A stretch of DNA of 49,711 bases from Armatimonadota bacterium (GCA_039811685.1 JBDHZC010000011.1:1-49711); one strand, 5' to 3'. Shown: positions 1 to 9,644, counted from the first letter of the stretch. Numbers and translations: made by a program. Notes: a model not told the origin generated them from the sequence alone.

Positions 1-288
1 AGCCTGCGCCAGCGTCGATGTTCTTCCACTTCACGGCGTCCCCCTCACTTCACGGCGTCCCCCTCATTTCGGGATTTCCAGGTTGGAGCCAGGATTGCCT
101 GTCAATCCGAGAGTGCTCACGTCCAACCCTCAAATCCCGAAATACCTGAATGTAGTAGCAGCCTGCGCCGGCGTCGGTGTTCTTCCACTCCACGGCGTCA
201 CCCTCATTTCGGGATTTCCAGGTTGGAGCCGTGACTCTCCGACGATCTGAGGGCCTCACAGCCAACCTTCAAATCCCGAAATACCTGA
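1..288. repeat. Two tandem ~140-nt units, each with a long imperfect hairpin (family B); first unit truncated by the window edge
   Basis: AGCCTGCGCC recurs at 1 and 160. Arms TTTCGGGATTTCCAGGTTGGA and (T/G)CCAACC(C/T)TCAAATCCCGAAAT enclose ~32-nt related loops. Unit 1 has a 19-bp duplication (27-45/46-64). Confidence 0.9.
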
Positions 289-316
289 CCTGGAGGGATG
301 AGAGCTGCGTAGTGGC

Positions 317-670
317 TTATCGTAGCCTCACACTGCCAAATGTAAAAACTATTACAAGGCTAAAAACGGCATAAAACGCCGCCAACATGCTGAAACCAAC
401 CGCCAAAATCCCGTATATTCCAGCGAGCAGACCGCGCACCCTCAGTTGTCTGGCCACGATGAATGCCCCAATAGCTGCCGCCAGCGCCGCAGTCCCGGCA
501 ATGTACAGTCCAACAGGCAGTTGGCGCTCCAAAGCACCGGATACTCTCGGCGACGTGCCAGCCAGCATGAAATCGAAGATCGGGACAACTGCCATTCCGA
601 CTGCTAGCCAAGAAAGCAGAAAAGACACGACGATAAGAAGAGACAAGGTTAACCGACCTACAAATTTCAT
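317..670 (-). CDS. Small multi-pass membrane protein (hypothetical, ~117 aa)
   Basis: ORF 317..841 re-started at ATG 670 (MKFVGRL) after AGAGAGG RBS. The upstream part of the ORF runs through repeat/IS DNA. About 3 hydrophobic segments. Confidence 0.7.
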   Translation of the reverse strand: MKFVGRLTLSLLIVVSFLLSWLAVGMAVVPIFDFMLAGTSPRVSGALERQLPVGLYIAGTAALAAAIGAFIVARQLRVRGLLAGIYGILAVGFSMLAAFYAVFSLVIVFTFGSVRLR

Positions 671-720
671 TACAACCTCTCTAATGAGTAATCCATGCGT
701 CAACCCATACATCAAGTGTT

Positions 721-851
721 TGATACTGCGGTGGTCAAAAGCCTCTGGGAATGACCGGTCCTGAATGCAGAAGCCGCCAAAACATAATGACATAACGGGA
801 ATGGCACACTCCTCAGGCCTCTCGTCCTCTACCGAACTCAATTCCCGCAGC
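721..851. repeat. Family C palindrome (GCTGCGGGAAT...ATTCCCGCAGC) interrupted by an IS110 remnant
   Basis: Removing 732-796 and one GG restores a near copy of 46010-46076. Confidence 0.9.
732..796 (-). mobile_element. 65-nt left-end remnant of the IS110 element
   Basis: Reverse complement equals 48132-48196 except the first two nt (GT vs TA). Flanked by CC on both sides on the minus strand (730-731, 797-798). Confidence 0.92.
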
Positions 852-878
852 TACCTCTAACGCCTCGTGAACCACCGG

Positions 879-1055
879 TTTCATCCCTCCAGGTTTCCGA
901 ACCTGGAGGCATTGAAATGCAGTAGCAGCCTGTGCCAAAGTCAATGCTCTTCCATTTCACGGCGCCCCCTCCTTTCGGGATTTCCAGGCTGGAGCTGTAA
1001 CTCTCCAGCGATCCGGCGGCGCTCACGTCCAACCTTCAAATCCCAAAATACCTGA
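879..1055. repeat. Family A hairpin followed by a third family B unit
   Basis: TTTCATCCCTCCAGGTTTCCGAACCTGGAGG (879-909), then a diverged copy of the 140-nt unit (927-1055). Confidence 0.9.
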
Positions 1056-1185
1056 ACTACGCCAGCGGGCTGCATTCTTCCTCAGATTATAGTGCTGAGG
1101 CAGAGGCGCAAGTGCGGAGACTGGACGTAGGCTGGCGCATATTTCCAGTCCTCTCGCTATAGTACTTCATCGAAATACCCATGTC

Positions 1186-2475
1186 CTACCTTGAGGGCGC
1201 AGCCGCTGGAAGCGCGTTCAGCTCCGACAGGCGGACACGCGCCTGCTTGCCCGCACTATCTGTGTATCCCACGGTATCACGATCCACCCACCACGCGCTG
1301 GACTTCGACTGAACCATACCTTTCAATTGCCGGGCGGTCTGCAGATCAACAAAATACAGCCTCTGATCGTCCGAACTGGCGCCGGCGGCATACACTAGAT
1401 ACCGCCCGTCCGGCGAGGGCACCAGCCAGCTTGCCTCAGCTGGCATCCCAACGCGAACGAGGTTGCCGGATCGAGGATTTGCGATGATTAGGCTCTGGTT
1501 CTGCGGCCAGTACGCCCGCCCGTCGGCCGTCCACGTCACGCCAAATCGCAGCGGGTGAATATCCATACTCTTCGCCAATCTCTTCACCGCAATGAGTCTG
1601 TCGCCTTCGATCCGAACGAGCGACGGCCCTGCGCTCATCACGCCGTACCGGCCATCCGGCGACACGCTGAGGAACGTGTCTCTGGAGAGAGTGCCGTCTG
1701 GATCCAGTCCCGCGAGCCGGCGCGGAGGCGGGTTGTTCGCGGCCATTGTGTGGTATGCGCCCTCAATTGCCGCCAGCGCCAGGAACGCTGATCCGATGCA
1801 TAGCGCATACACCTTCAAGCGGTAACCAAAGCCCGCAGTCAACCCGAAGCGCGTCACAAACACTGCTGCCACAGCTCCTCCAACGAACCAGCACGCAGCC
1901 GAAATACTGTCCGCTGAGTCCTGGCGTGGCCAACCGATCTCCTCCCTGAACGCCGTGTTCAGAAACACCGTGAAGACAGTCAGTGCCCAGAAAGCTACGA
2001 AGACCATGCCGCTTGCATGTTTGCCCGGAGCGAGCGCGGACGAGCCAAAGCCCGCACCAAAAGCAATCAGCGTAACCCACCAGAGAAAGCCCGCGCCAGA
2101 CGAGAGATGCTCCTGATCGATGAAAGGCTGGTACTGGGACGGGGCCAATACGCGGTACGCAAGTGCCGCCAAGGCGCAGGCTACTATCACGACGGCAATG
2201 CCCGTCAGCAGCTTTGCAGCGACTATCGCTTGCCACCTGACCGGCCGCGAGAACAAGAAGTCGCCGCCGTCCTGATCTCCGTCCTTCGCGAACATCGCGA
2301 TGCCAGAAATGACGGCCACAGCGGCCGGTAACATGAACCACGGGCTGAACGCTTGAATATCCCCTGAGAAGGCCATTCCCGAGCCGAAGATAACCGGCGC
2401 TACTGCGGCGGCGATAACAGCCAGCCACAGAATCCGCCGCTCACGCCATTCCTTCCAGAACACCCGCTGAATCAT
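1186..2475 (-). CDS. ABC-2-type permease-like membrane protein with C-terminal beta-propeller-like domain
   Basis: MIQRVFWKEWRE start, FLFSRPVRWQAIVAAKL permease motif, SPDG repeats. ATGA overlap with the upstream gene; GGAGG RBS. Confidence 0.8.
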   Translation of the reverse strand: MIQRVFWKEWRERRILWLAVIAAAVAPVIFGSGMAFSGDIQAFSPWFMLPAAVAVISGIAMFAKDGDQDGGDFLFSRPVRWQAIVAAKLLTGIAVVIVACALAALAYRVLAPSQYQPFIDQEHLSSGAGFLWWVTLIAFGAGFGSSALAPGKHASGMVFVAFWALTVFTVFLNTAFREEIGWPRQDSADSISAACWFVGGAVAAVFVTRFGLTAGFGYRLKVYALCIGSAFLALAAIEGAYHTMAANNPPPRRLAGLDPDGTLSRDTFLSVSPDGRYGVMSAGPSLVRIEGDRLIAVKRLAKSMDIHPLRFGVTWTADGRAYWPQNQSLIIANPRSGNLVRVGMPAEASWLVPSPDGRYLVYAAGASSDDQRLYFVDLQTARQLKGMVQSKSSAWWVDRDTVGYTDSAGKQARVRLSELNALPAAAPSR

Positions 2476-3818
2476 CTTATGTCCTCCCACTTCGGACGGT
2501 ACCGCGCGGCCTTGCCACCAGGCAGGTCCACAAGGATCTGGGGCGGGGCCCCACTCAGAATCGCGCGATTCCGAAGCCAGGTCGCGCGGCTGGCGGCGAA
2601 CGTCTGGAAGTTCGGGTACACGATCTTCGCCTTGCCCCGCTTCATGTCAATCAGCCAGAGGTCCACTCCTGAGCCGTTCGACGGACGCGTACGCAGCAGC
2701 AACCAGCGCCCGGCTGGATTTACCCACGCGACGAAGCCGCCCGTATATGTGTTGTCGGTACCGAGAGCGAACCTGGCCCGCGCGTTGTAAGGTATGCTGA
2801 CGACCTCGCGAACGGTGTTGTCGGCGTGCGCCCACGCGCGGATGCTCATGCGCCCTTCTCCAGGATTTCGGACGGCGATAACCGCGCTGTCCCTGCCCGC
2901 AAACCCGAGCGGCTGGACGAACAGCGGGAAAAGAGCCTTGGCAGACACACCGGTCCTGCGATCCGTGAACTGACAGTAGGTTCCGCTGGCAGCGCGCCCG
3001 CTGAACTGCCCGGTCATTGAGACGATCAGGGAGCCGTCTTCAGACAGGAATGGCGGGAATCCGGCGCCGGGAAAGCCCCCGGCCCATGCGACCCACACGG
3101 CTGGAGAGGCGCAGACGAAAAGCGCCAGTACGCCCGCGACGAATGCAGCCCATTGCCGCCAGAACCTCTGCTTTCGCCTTGAAGCCGCCCAGACGAATGT
3201 GGCGACGATCGGCGCTACAACAAAGGCGGCTACCAACAGCCATTCTCCCGGATCGCTCGGCAGCATGTCCAAGCCGTGGTTGAGTCGGTCACGGAATGCA
3301 AGCAACACCGCCGGCCCTATATTCCCCGCCATCGCAGGGTATATCGCGCCGGCGTGCTTCGTGCTTGCAGCAGAGACAACATAGCCCATCGCGAAGCAGC
3401 CAGTAGTGAGCGCTGACCACTGGCAGCAGTAGGCAAAGACTCCGGCGTAGTGGTGCATCGCGCCGGGAAGACTACACCAGCCTGTCCACAAGCCGAGCAG
3501 GGCCGCCACAACCAGAGGCAGCAGGAATGAGGCCTTCAGGACGTCCGGAGCCGCCAGTGGCAGATGAGACGGCGTGTATGCGCCGGCCCCCCAGTCCTCC
3601 TGCGCCAGCCTGGCCGCCAGGATGCCCGCAAGAGCGGGGACCAGATAGGCCGTCGGATAAACTACGAGGAGACGGAGTATCTGCCAACCGGATGAGGTCT
3701 CCGGGATGGATGCCGCAAGCGGAAAACCCACCGCCGGGACGACGACGAGAAGAGCCAGCCACCATCGCGTCTCGCGCCAGAGCTTCCACGCGAGCCTGCC
3801 AGAACCAGAAGCGGCCAT
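2472..3818 (-). CDS. Second ABC permease-like membrane protein with soluble C-terminal domain
   Basis: LAWKLWRETR N-terminus, multiple TM segments, operon position. Confidence 0.7.
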   Translation of the reverse strand: MAASGSGRLAWKLWRETRWWLALLVVVPAVGFPLAASIPETSSGWQILRLLVVYPTAYLVPALAGILAARLAQEDWGAGAYTPSHLPLAAPDVLKASFLLPLVVAALLGLWTGWCSLPGAMHHYAGVFAYCCQWSALTTGCFAMGYVVSAASTKHAGAIYPAMAGNIGPAVLLAFRDRLNHGLDMLPSDPGEWLLVAAFVVAPIVATFVWAASRRKQRFWRQWAAFVAGVLALFVCASPAVWVAWAGGFPGAGFPPFLSEDGSLIVSMTGQFSGRAASGTYCQFTDRRTGVSAKALFPLFVQPLGFAGRDSAVIAVRNPGEGRMSIRAWAHADNTVREVVSIPYNARARFALGTDNTYTGGFVAWVNPAGRWLLLRTRPSNGSGVDLWLIDMKRGKAKIVYPNFQTFAASRATWLRNRAILSGAPPQILVDLPGGKAARYRPKWEDIR

Positions 3819-3822
3819 CGCG

Positions 3823-4725
3823 TCAGCCCTCCTCCTGCCCCACCAGCGCGACGAAGATGTCTTCCAGCGACAGATCGTTCACAGTCACTCCCGAAGCACC
3901 AAGCTCGCGGGCCGTCTTCACCGTCGCTTCCGAGAAGTCCCTGACCGTTACCGCTGCCTGCCGACGGTTCCTGTCCACCTTGAGAATACCTGGAATGCTC
4001 GAGAACGAGGCGGGAAGGCTGTCATACGTCAGGTACAGCAGCTTGACCTGATTCTTCAGCTCATCGATCGGGCCGGAGAATATCAGACTGCCCTTGTGGA
4101 TAATTCCCACCCAGTCCGCAACGCGCTCCACCTCGTGAACAAGGTGGGACGAAAAGAAGACCGTCCGGCCCTCTTCGCTCAGCAGCTCGATGACGCCCTC
4201 CAGGAAGTTGCGACGGACCACGACGTCCAGTCCAGCTGTCGGTTCGTCCAGGATCAGCAACTCGGGGTGAAACGCCATCGAAAGCAGTAGCAAGAGCCGC
4301 GCCTGCGTTCCGCGGCTTAGCTCCGCGATCTTCTTCTCGCCGTCCAGGTCCAGGCGATGCTTCAGATCACTCGCGAAACTGTCGTCCCAACTCGGGTAGA
4401 ACCCTTTGCAGAACCAGATGATCTCGTCCACCCTCATCCAGTCGTACATTCGGCAACCCTCAGCCACATAGCCAACGCGACGCTTGATCTCCAGCGCCTC
4501 CCGCCTGCAGTCCATTCCAAGCACCTTCGCATCGCCGGATGTCCGGTCCAGCAGGTCGAGCAACATCCGGATAGTCGTTGTCTTGCCCGCTCCGTTGCGC
4601 CCCAGAAACGCATAGACCGATCCCTTCGGCGCCTTCAGCGACAGTTCGTGGACCGCGTCGGCGCGTCTGAACTTCTTCGTCAAGCCCGATGTCTCGATCG
4701 CAAAAGTCTCCCTATCTGTCTTCAT
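3823..4725 (-). CDS. ABC transporter ATP-binding protein (YtrB-like)
   Basis: Walker A GRNGAGKTT, LSRG signature, LLILDEPT. Start reassigned to ATG 4725. Confidence 0.93.
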   Translation of the reverse strand: MKTDRETFAIETSGLTKKFRRADAVHELSLKAPKGSVYAFLGRNGAGKTTTIRMLLDLLDRTSGDAKVLGMDCRREALEIKRRVGYVAEGCRMYDWMRVDEIIWFCKGFYPSWDDSFASDLKHRLDLDGEKKIAELSRGTQARLLLLLSMAFHPELLILDEPTAGLDVVVRRNFLEGVIELLSEEGRTVFFSSHLVHEVERVADWVGIIHKGSLIFSGPIDELKNQVKLLYLTYDSLPASFSSIPGILKVDRNRRQAAVTVRDFSEATVKTARELGASGVTVNDLSLEDIFVALVGQEEG

Positions 4726-5143
4726 CTCGCACCTCGTCCCCTCCGGCGGCTTGTCCACGAAGGCTCTGTGGGGCCGCCCGCAACCGCTCTTCGAACACCT
4801 CTCGCACCTCGTCGAATCCCACACCGAGGTCCATAGCGTCCACAAGGACCCTGTCAATCCCCCGGGCGATAGCGTCCCTTCCGAACTCCCTTGCCGGACT
4901 TTTCGCACTGCCCGCTACGAAGCTTCCCAGCCCATGCCGTGTCTCGATCAGCCCTTCCTGCTCGAGCTGCTTGTAAGCCCGCCCGACCGTCAGCGGGTTG
5001 ATCCGTAACTTCATTGCCATCTCCCGCAGGCTCGGCAGTGCGTCTCCGGCGTCAAGCACTCCCGCCGCCACCGCGCGCTTGACCTGCTCGACGATCTGCG
5101 CATAGACCGGAACCGCATCTGTTGTGTCAACTCTAAGTAGCAT
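4712..5143 (-). CDS. GntR family (YtrA subfamily) transcriptional regulator
   Basis: PVYAQIVEQVK...LPSLREMA...INPLTVGRAYKQLEQEGLI wHTH; short C-terminus; precedes an ABC ATPase. Confidence 0.93.
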   Translation of the reverse strand: MLLRVDTTDAVPVYAQIVEQVKRAVAAGVLDAGDALPSLREMAMKLRINPLTVGRAYKQLEQEGLIETRHGLGSFVAGSAKSPAREFGRDAIARGIDRVLVDAMDLGVGFDEVREVFEERLRAAPQSLRGQAAGGDEVRDEDR

Positions 5144-5152
5144 TGGCTATCA

Positions 5153-5201
5153 ACTGTTATAGTGATATATAACAGTATGGCACTTTGACGGGCGTTGTCA
5201 A
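5153..5201 (-). promoter_or_regulatory. Sigma70 promoter with overlapping palindromic operator (probable YtrA autoregulatory site)
   Basis: Minus strand TTGACA(5201-5196)-N16-CATACT(5179-5174) with TG extension. Inverted repeat ACTGTTATA-N6-TATAACAGT at 5153-5176. Confidence 0.75.
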
Positions 5202-5481
5202 GGGGTAAAAGCGAAAAAACTAAAAAAAGTTGCTTCGGACGGCCGCTATGCCCGCCATCGGTCTGGCGTGGCGGCCATTGAACGCACTGAAAACCCGGAC
5301 ACAGTATGGTAACCTTACTGGGATACGCCGGTCTGGCGACCTTCGGATTGACGCCAGAAGAGGTTTGCAAGCCGGGGAGACGATTTGCGTTGAGCTGAGG
5401 CGATGGACGCTTTTGCGAAAAACATGGAAGTATCTACTGCCTGCTCTTCGCAAGATCAGGCCAAAGGACGGACTTCCTGCT

Positions 5482-6366
5482 ATGGGTCTACTCAGAACGC
5501 TTGGCTATATCAGACAGCGGCGCAGAGATATGGCGGAAGAGCTCGCCAGGCAGCGATCGTACTGCGACCTTGAGCTCGAACTGCTTGCGCCCCATCTGAC
5601 TCGCCCGCTGCAAGGGTCGAGGGCACTGGATATCGGGTGCGGGCAGATGCTCCCGATGCTTATCGGACTGAACGCTCAGGGCTGCGAAGCGACCGGAATT
5701 GACCTGGACCCATATCTCCCGGGACAGCATTCTGCGAACTTCTGGCGAAGGCGCAGGGAAGGCGGTCTGGCGTCGGCAGCGTCGGCCGCCGTGCGCAACA
5801 TTGCGGTGGACGACCAGATCGGCCGACGGCTGGCTGTTGAGCTTGGCTACAGGAAGCCTCTGAAGTCGCTGGACGTGAGGGTCATGAACGTCTGCGCGCT
5901 GGATTTCCCGGACAATACTTTCGATCTAATGACCTCGCTTGCTGTCTTTGAACACATTGAAGATATGCCGGGGACGCTGAGAGAGATTCACCGGGCGCTG
6001 AAGCCCGGGGCGCCGGCCTGCCTGCACGCTCATCTTTTCGCATCGTTCACCGGTGGCCACAACTGCGACATTATGGACACCAGCGGGCGCCATATCGGGG
6101 GCGAGGTGGACTGCTGGGATCACCTGCGGGCAAACCGCCACACCGTACCCGTCTATCTCAACAAGCTGAAGCTGGCTGAGTTCAGACAGTTGATCGAAGA
6201 CTCACCGCTGGAGCTTGCCGCCTGGCATGCGCATCCGCCAAGTGAGTCCGACCTCAAGCGTCTCACCCCTGAAATCGAGACCGAGCTTACGGCAAAAGGC
6301 TACACGCGCGAAGATCTCCTGACCACCAGCCTGCACATGATTGTCCGAAAGCCGCAAGCGGGCTGA
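5482..6366 (+). CDS. Class I SAM-dependent methyltransferase
   Basis: ALDIGCG motif I, LDFPDNTFDL, FEHI, ALKPG. Start uncertain (5482 or 5530). Confidence 0.85.
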   Translation: MGLLRTLGYIRQRRRDMAEELARQRSYCDLELELLAPHLTRPLQGSRALDIGCGQMLPMLIGLNAQGCEATGIDLDPYLPGQHSANFWRRRREGGLASAASAAVRNIAVDDQIGRRLAVELGYRKPLKSLDVRVMNVCALDFPDNTFDLMTSLAVFEHIEDMPGTLREIHRALKPGAPACLHAHLFASFTGGHNCDIMDTSGRHIGGEVDCWDHLRANRHTVPVYLNKLKLAEFRQLIEDSPLELAAWHAHPPSESDLKRLTPEIETELTAKGYTREDLLTTSLHMIVRKPQAG

Positions 6367-6381
6367 CCGAAGAGCTGTTCG

Positions 6382-6555
6382 CTGCCGTTGCCGCACGGAG
6401 CGCCCTTGCGTCTGCAGGTGGAGAACCAACTGGGCTTCAAAATGGTCAAGTGGCTGGATTCCATTGAGTTCGTTGAAGACCTGACGGGAGTTGGCGAGGG
6501 AGAAGGCGGCTACGCCGAAGACCACGAGTACTTCGGCGAGCTGGCCAATATCTGA
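6382..6555 (+). pseudogene. C-terminal remnant of a molybdopterin-dependent (sulfite oxidase/MsrP-like) oxidoreductase
   Basis: Translates LPLPHGAPLRLQVENQLGFKMVKWLDSIEF...GGYAEDHEYFGELANI*; the N-terminal part is missing. Confidence 0.8.
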
Positions 6556-6700
6556 GAAGCATCACCAGGCAGGCCCCGGAGCGCTGTTTCCGTGAGGCTC
6601 TTGTCCTGCAAGCCGCAGTGGAGTATCATTGTGAGCGGCGGCTGGACGGCGCCAGGTTGCGCTGTCCCACAGGCGCAACGAACGCTTTAGAAGGATTAAG

Positions 6701-7837
6701 GTGAACACAGACCCGGCAAGGCAACTGAACCGCACGCTCAGCGCCGCGAAGAAGGCCAAACAGGACGAGTTCTACACGCAGTACGACGACATCCAGAACG
6801 AGGTGGCGGCGTACCTTGAGCACGACCCGAACACCTTTCGTGGTAAAGTCGTCTACTGCAACTGCGACGACCCTTTCGAGAGCCACTTCTTCAAATACTT
6901 CGCCGTCAAATTCAACGAGCTTGGGTTAAGAAAGCTCATCACTACCAGCTATGATGGCTCCCCTATCGCTGGTGGCGAGCTCCCGTTCACGGAGTTCAAC
7001 GCGGGTAACGGCACGCACCAGAAGCCAAAGGCCCTTGCAGTTGAGTTAGCAGAGGTAAAGGACCTCACCGGCGATGGCGCGGCCGCCATCGAGGATGTGA
7101 AGCTCTTCCTGGAGCGAAATCCGCACACCCGGACGCCGCTTGCCGGAGGGGGCGATTTCCGCAGCGCGGAGTGTGTCGCGTTTCTGAAAGAAGCGGATAT
7201 CGTTGTCACTAACCCGCCCTTCTCCCTCTTCCGCGAGTACGTCGCGCAGCTCGTCGAGCATGATAAGAAGTTCCTAATCATCGCAAATAAAAACGCTATC
7301 ACTTACAAGGAGATATTTCCGCTCATCAAGCGCAACGAGGTCTGGACCGGCGTAAAGGCATTTTCCGGCGGCATGTGGTTCATGGCCGATTACAGCGGCA
7401 AGTACGAGAAGATTGTGGACGGCGTGAAACTCATAAACGTTCCCGCGATCTGGTTCACTAACCTCGACCATCGTCGCCGCCACGAAAAGCTGGAGCTGAT
7501 GACGATGGAAGACAACTTGAAGTTCAGCAAACACAAGGAGATAAGAGGCAAGGCGGCTTACGACCGCTACGCCAACTATGACGCCATTGAAGTGCCTTTT
7601 ACCGACGCTATTCCGAGCGACTACGATGGCGAAATGGGCGTGCCCATCACCTTCCTTGATAAGTACAATCCTGAGCAGTTTGAGATTCTAGGGTCAAGCA
7701 GGACTCTCGGCGCACCGATGGCAGCCGTCGCTGAGAAGGGAAGCTATGTGCAAGGCGGACCGCGGTTCTACATTGCCACTGGCGACGGAACCTACCGGCG
7801 CATGTACGACAGGCTCGTTATCCGCCATCGCCGCTAG
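6701..7837 (+). CDS. Adenine-specific DNA methyltransferase, M.EcoRI family
   Basis: DEFYT, VYCNCDDP, GDFRS.EC, DIVVTNPPFSLFREY, MGVPITFLDKYNP. Confidence 0.9.
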   Translation: MNTDPARQLNRTLSAAKKAKQDEFYTQYDDIQNEVAAYLEHDPNTFRGKVVYCNCDDPFESHFFKYFAVKFNELGLRKLITTSYDGSPIAGGELPFTEFNAGNGTHQKPKALAVELAEVKDLTGDGAAAIEDVKLFLERNPHTRTPLAGGGDFRSAECVAFLKEADIVVTNPPFSLFREYVAQLVEHDKKFLIIANKNAITYKEIFPLIKRNEVWTGVKAFSGGMWFMADYSGKYEKIVDGVKLINVPAIWFTNLDHRRRHEKLELMTMEDNLKFSKHKEIRGKAAYDRYANYDAIEVPFTDAIPSDYDGEMGVPITFLDKYNPEQFEILGSSRTLGAPMAAVAEKGSYVQGGPRFYIATGDGTYRRMYDRLVIRHRR

Positions 7838-7851
7838 CGCCAGGAGAGTGA

Positions 7852-9018
7852 ATGATTACCACGCTGAAAACCGAAATCACGGTTGCCGACATCTGCGCCG
7901 GGTTTGTCTACAACGAGCTGGAGGGCAAGGGGCTGTACGGGCTTGGCGGTAAACTCACCATTCAGCCAGAGTATCAGCGGAACTACATCTATGCGGATGG
8001 GGGAGGGAAGAAGGAACAGGCGGTCATCGAGTCGCTTCTCAAGGGCTATCCTCTCGGGTTGATCTATTTCAACAAGGTCGCTGAGGACAAATTCGAGGTG
8101 CTGGACGGGCAGCAGCGCATCACAAGTATCGGCCGCTTCTGGACCGGCAAGTTCGCGATAATGGAAGAAGGCAATCCGAAGTACTTCAACAGCCTGCCAA
8201 CAGACCGGCGAGAGCGGATTCAACAGTCAAAGCTCCTTATTTATGAGTGCGAGGGCACAGAGACCGAGATCAAGGAGTGGTTCAAGACCATCAACATCGC
8301 GGGAGTGCCTCTCAACGATCAGGAGCTGCTGAACGCCGTTTACTCCGGCCCGTTTGTGACGCTTGCCAAAGCCGAGTTCAGCAACAGCCAGAACGCGAAC
8401 ATCCAGAAATGGAGCGCGTACATCAAAGGCAGCGCGAACCGGCAGGATTTTCTGGAGCGCGCTCTGGACTGGGTGAGCAAAGGCGATATCGGCGGCTACA
8501 TGAGCGCTCACCGCAACGAGGACACCATCAGCGAGCTAAAAACCTACTTCAACAGCGTGCTCGACTGGGTTTCAACAGTTTTCACGGACGTTCTCCCGGA
8601 AATGAAGGGCTTGGAGTGGGGTAGGCTGTACGAGCAGTACCACGGGACGAGCTACGATCCGGTGGTGATGTCGCGCGACGTCCAGAGGCTCTCCGCGGAT
8701 GACTATGTGAAAAACCGTAAAGGGATTTTTGAGTTTCTGCTGGGCGGCGCAAAGGATATGAAACTGCTCGATGTGCGCGTGTTCGACACCAGCATCGCTC
8801 GCGCCGCCTACGCGAAACAGACCCAGGCCGCCGAGGCCAAAGGGGAGTCCAACTGCCCGCTGTGCGCTGTGGGCCACGACGCCAATAAAGCCAGAATTTA
8901 CAAATTCGACGAAATGGACGCGGACCACGTAACGGCATGGAGCAAGGGCGGCGCAAGTTTGGCCCGGAACTGCCAGATGCTGTGTGCCACGCACAACCGC
9001 GCAAAAGGCAACCGCTGA
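7852..9018 (+). CDS. DUF262 (GmrS-like) plus C-terminal HNH endonuclease
   Basis: [22 protein letters not shown]...DADHV..WSKGG...NCQMLC..HN. Confidence 0.9.
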   Translation: MITTLKTEITVADICAGFVYNELEGKGLYGLGGKLTIQPEYQRNYIYADGGGKKEQAVIESLLKGYPLGLIYFNKVAEDKFEVLDGQQRITSIGRFWTGKFAIMEEGNPKYFNSLPTDRRERIQQSKLLIYECEGTETEIKEWFKTINIAGVPLNDQELLNAVYSGPFVTLAKAEFSNSQNANIQKWSAYIKGSANRQDFLERALDWVSKGDIGGYMSAHRNEDTISELKTYFNSVLDWVSTVFTDVLPEMKGLEWGRLYEQYHGTSYDPVVMSRDVQRLSADDYVKNRKGIFEFLLGGAKDMKLLDVRVFDTSIARAAYAKQTQAAEAKGESNCPLCAVGHDANKARIYKFDEMDADHVTAWSKGGASLARNCQMLCATHNRAKGNR

Positions 9019-9186
9019 CGCGCGGGCGCGCACTGTTTCTTGCCTCTCTGAAAGAACGTACACGCTTCCCACACTTTCTCCAGCTTCACCTTCGCCCCAG
9101 ACTCGGCAGATCGGTCTGTTCCGCGCCTGCAAAACAGGATTTCGGGATACCGTAGCGAAGCGGTGATCAAACTTCGGGACGTGACA

Positions 9187-9636
9187 ATGATTATTGACTC
9201 ACTGGACAACGCCGTTAAATACCACTCTCTGGGTTCGCGCATCCGCATGGCGCTGGAGTATCTAGGGAGCGCGGACTTCAGCGCAATGGAGCCCGGACGC
9301 GTCGAGTTGCAGGGGGATGAGTGCTACGCCCTGATCCAGCGCTACGACACGCGGGAGATGGACAACTGCAAGTGGGAGTCTCACAGGCGCTACATTGATG
9401 TACAGTATGTGGCGAGCGGGCGAGAGCGCATGGGCTGGGTGCCTGCTGCGTCTATGACCGTCAAGACCCCGTACAACGAGACGAAAGATCAGACGGTGCT
9501 CAGTGGCGACGGGAGTTTCATCAGTGTGCCAGCCGGCTATTTCGCCATTTTTGGCCCCGACGACGCACACATGCCCTGCGTGGCAGACGGGGAGCCTTCT
9601 CCTGTGGTGAAAGTGGTTGTGAAGGTGGCGCTCTGA
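9187..9636 (+). CDS. YhcH/YjgK/YiaL family protein
   Basis: WESHRRYIDVQY, FAIFGPDDAHMP, KVVVKV. Confidence 0.9.
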   Translation: MIIDSLDNAVKYHSLGSRIRMALEYLGSADFSAMEPGRVELQGDECYALIQRYDTREMDNCKWESHRRYIDVQYVASGRERMGWVPAASMTVKTPYNETKDQTVLSGDGSFISVPAGYFAIFGPDDAHMPCVADGEPSPVVKVVVKVAL

Positions 9637-9644
9637 GCGCACAA

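Noticed and set aside
671..841. N-terminal extension of ORF 317..841 and the shared peptide MSLCFGGFCIQDRSFPEAFDH with ORF 46749..48332
   Set aside because: Both are translations of the IS110 non-coding left end, not protein homology.
1..1055. CRISPR array
   Set aside because: The variable segments are homologous to each other, the constant part is ~110 nt, and there are no cas genes.
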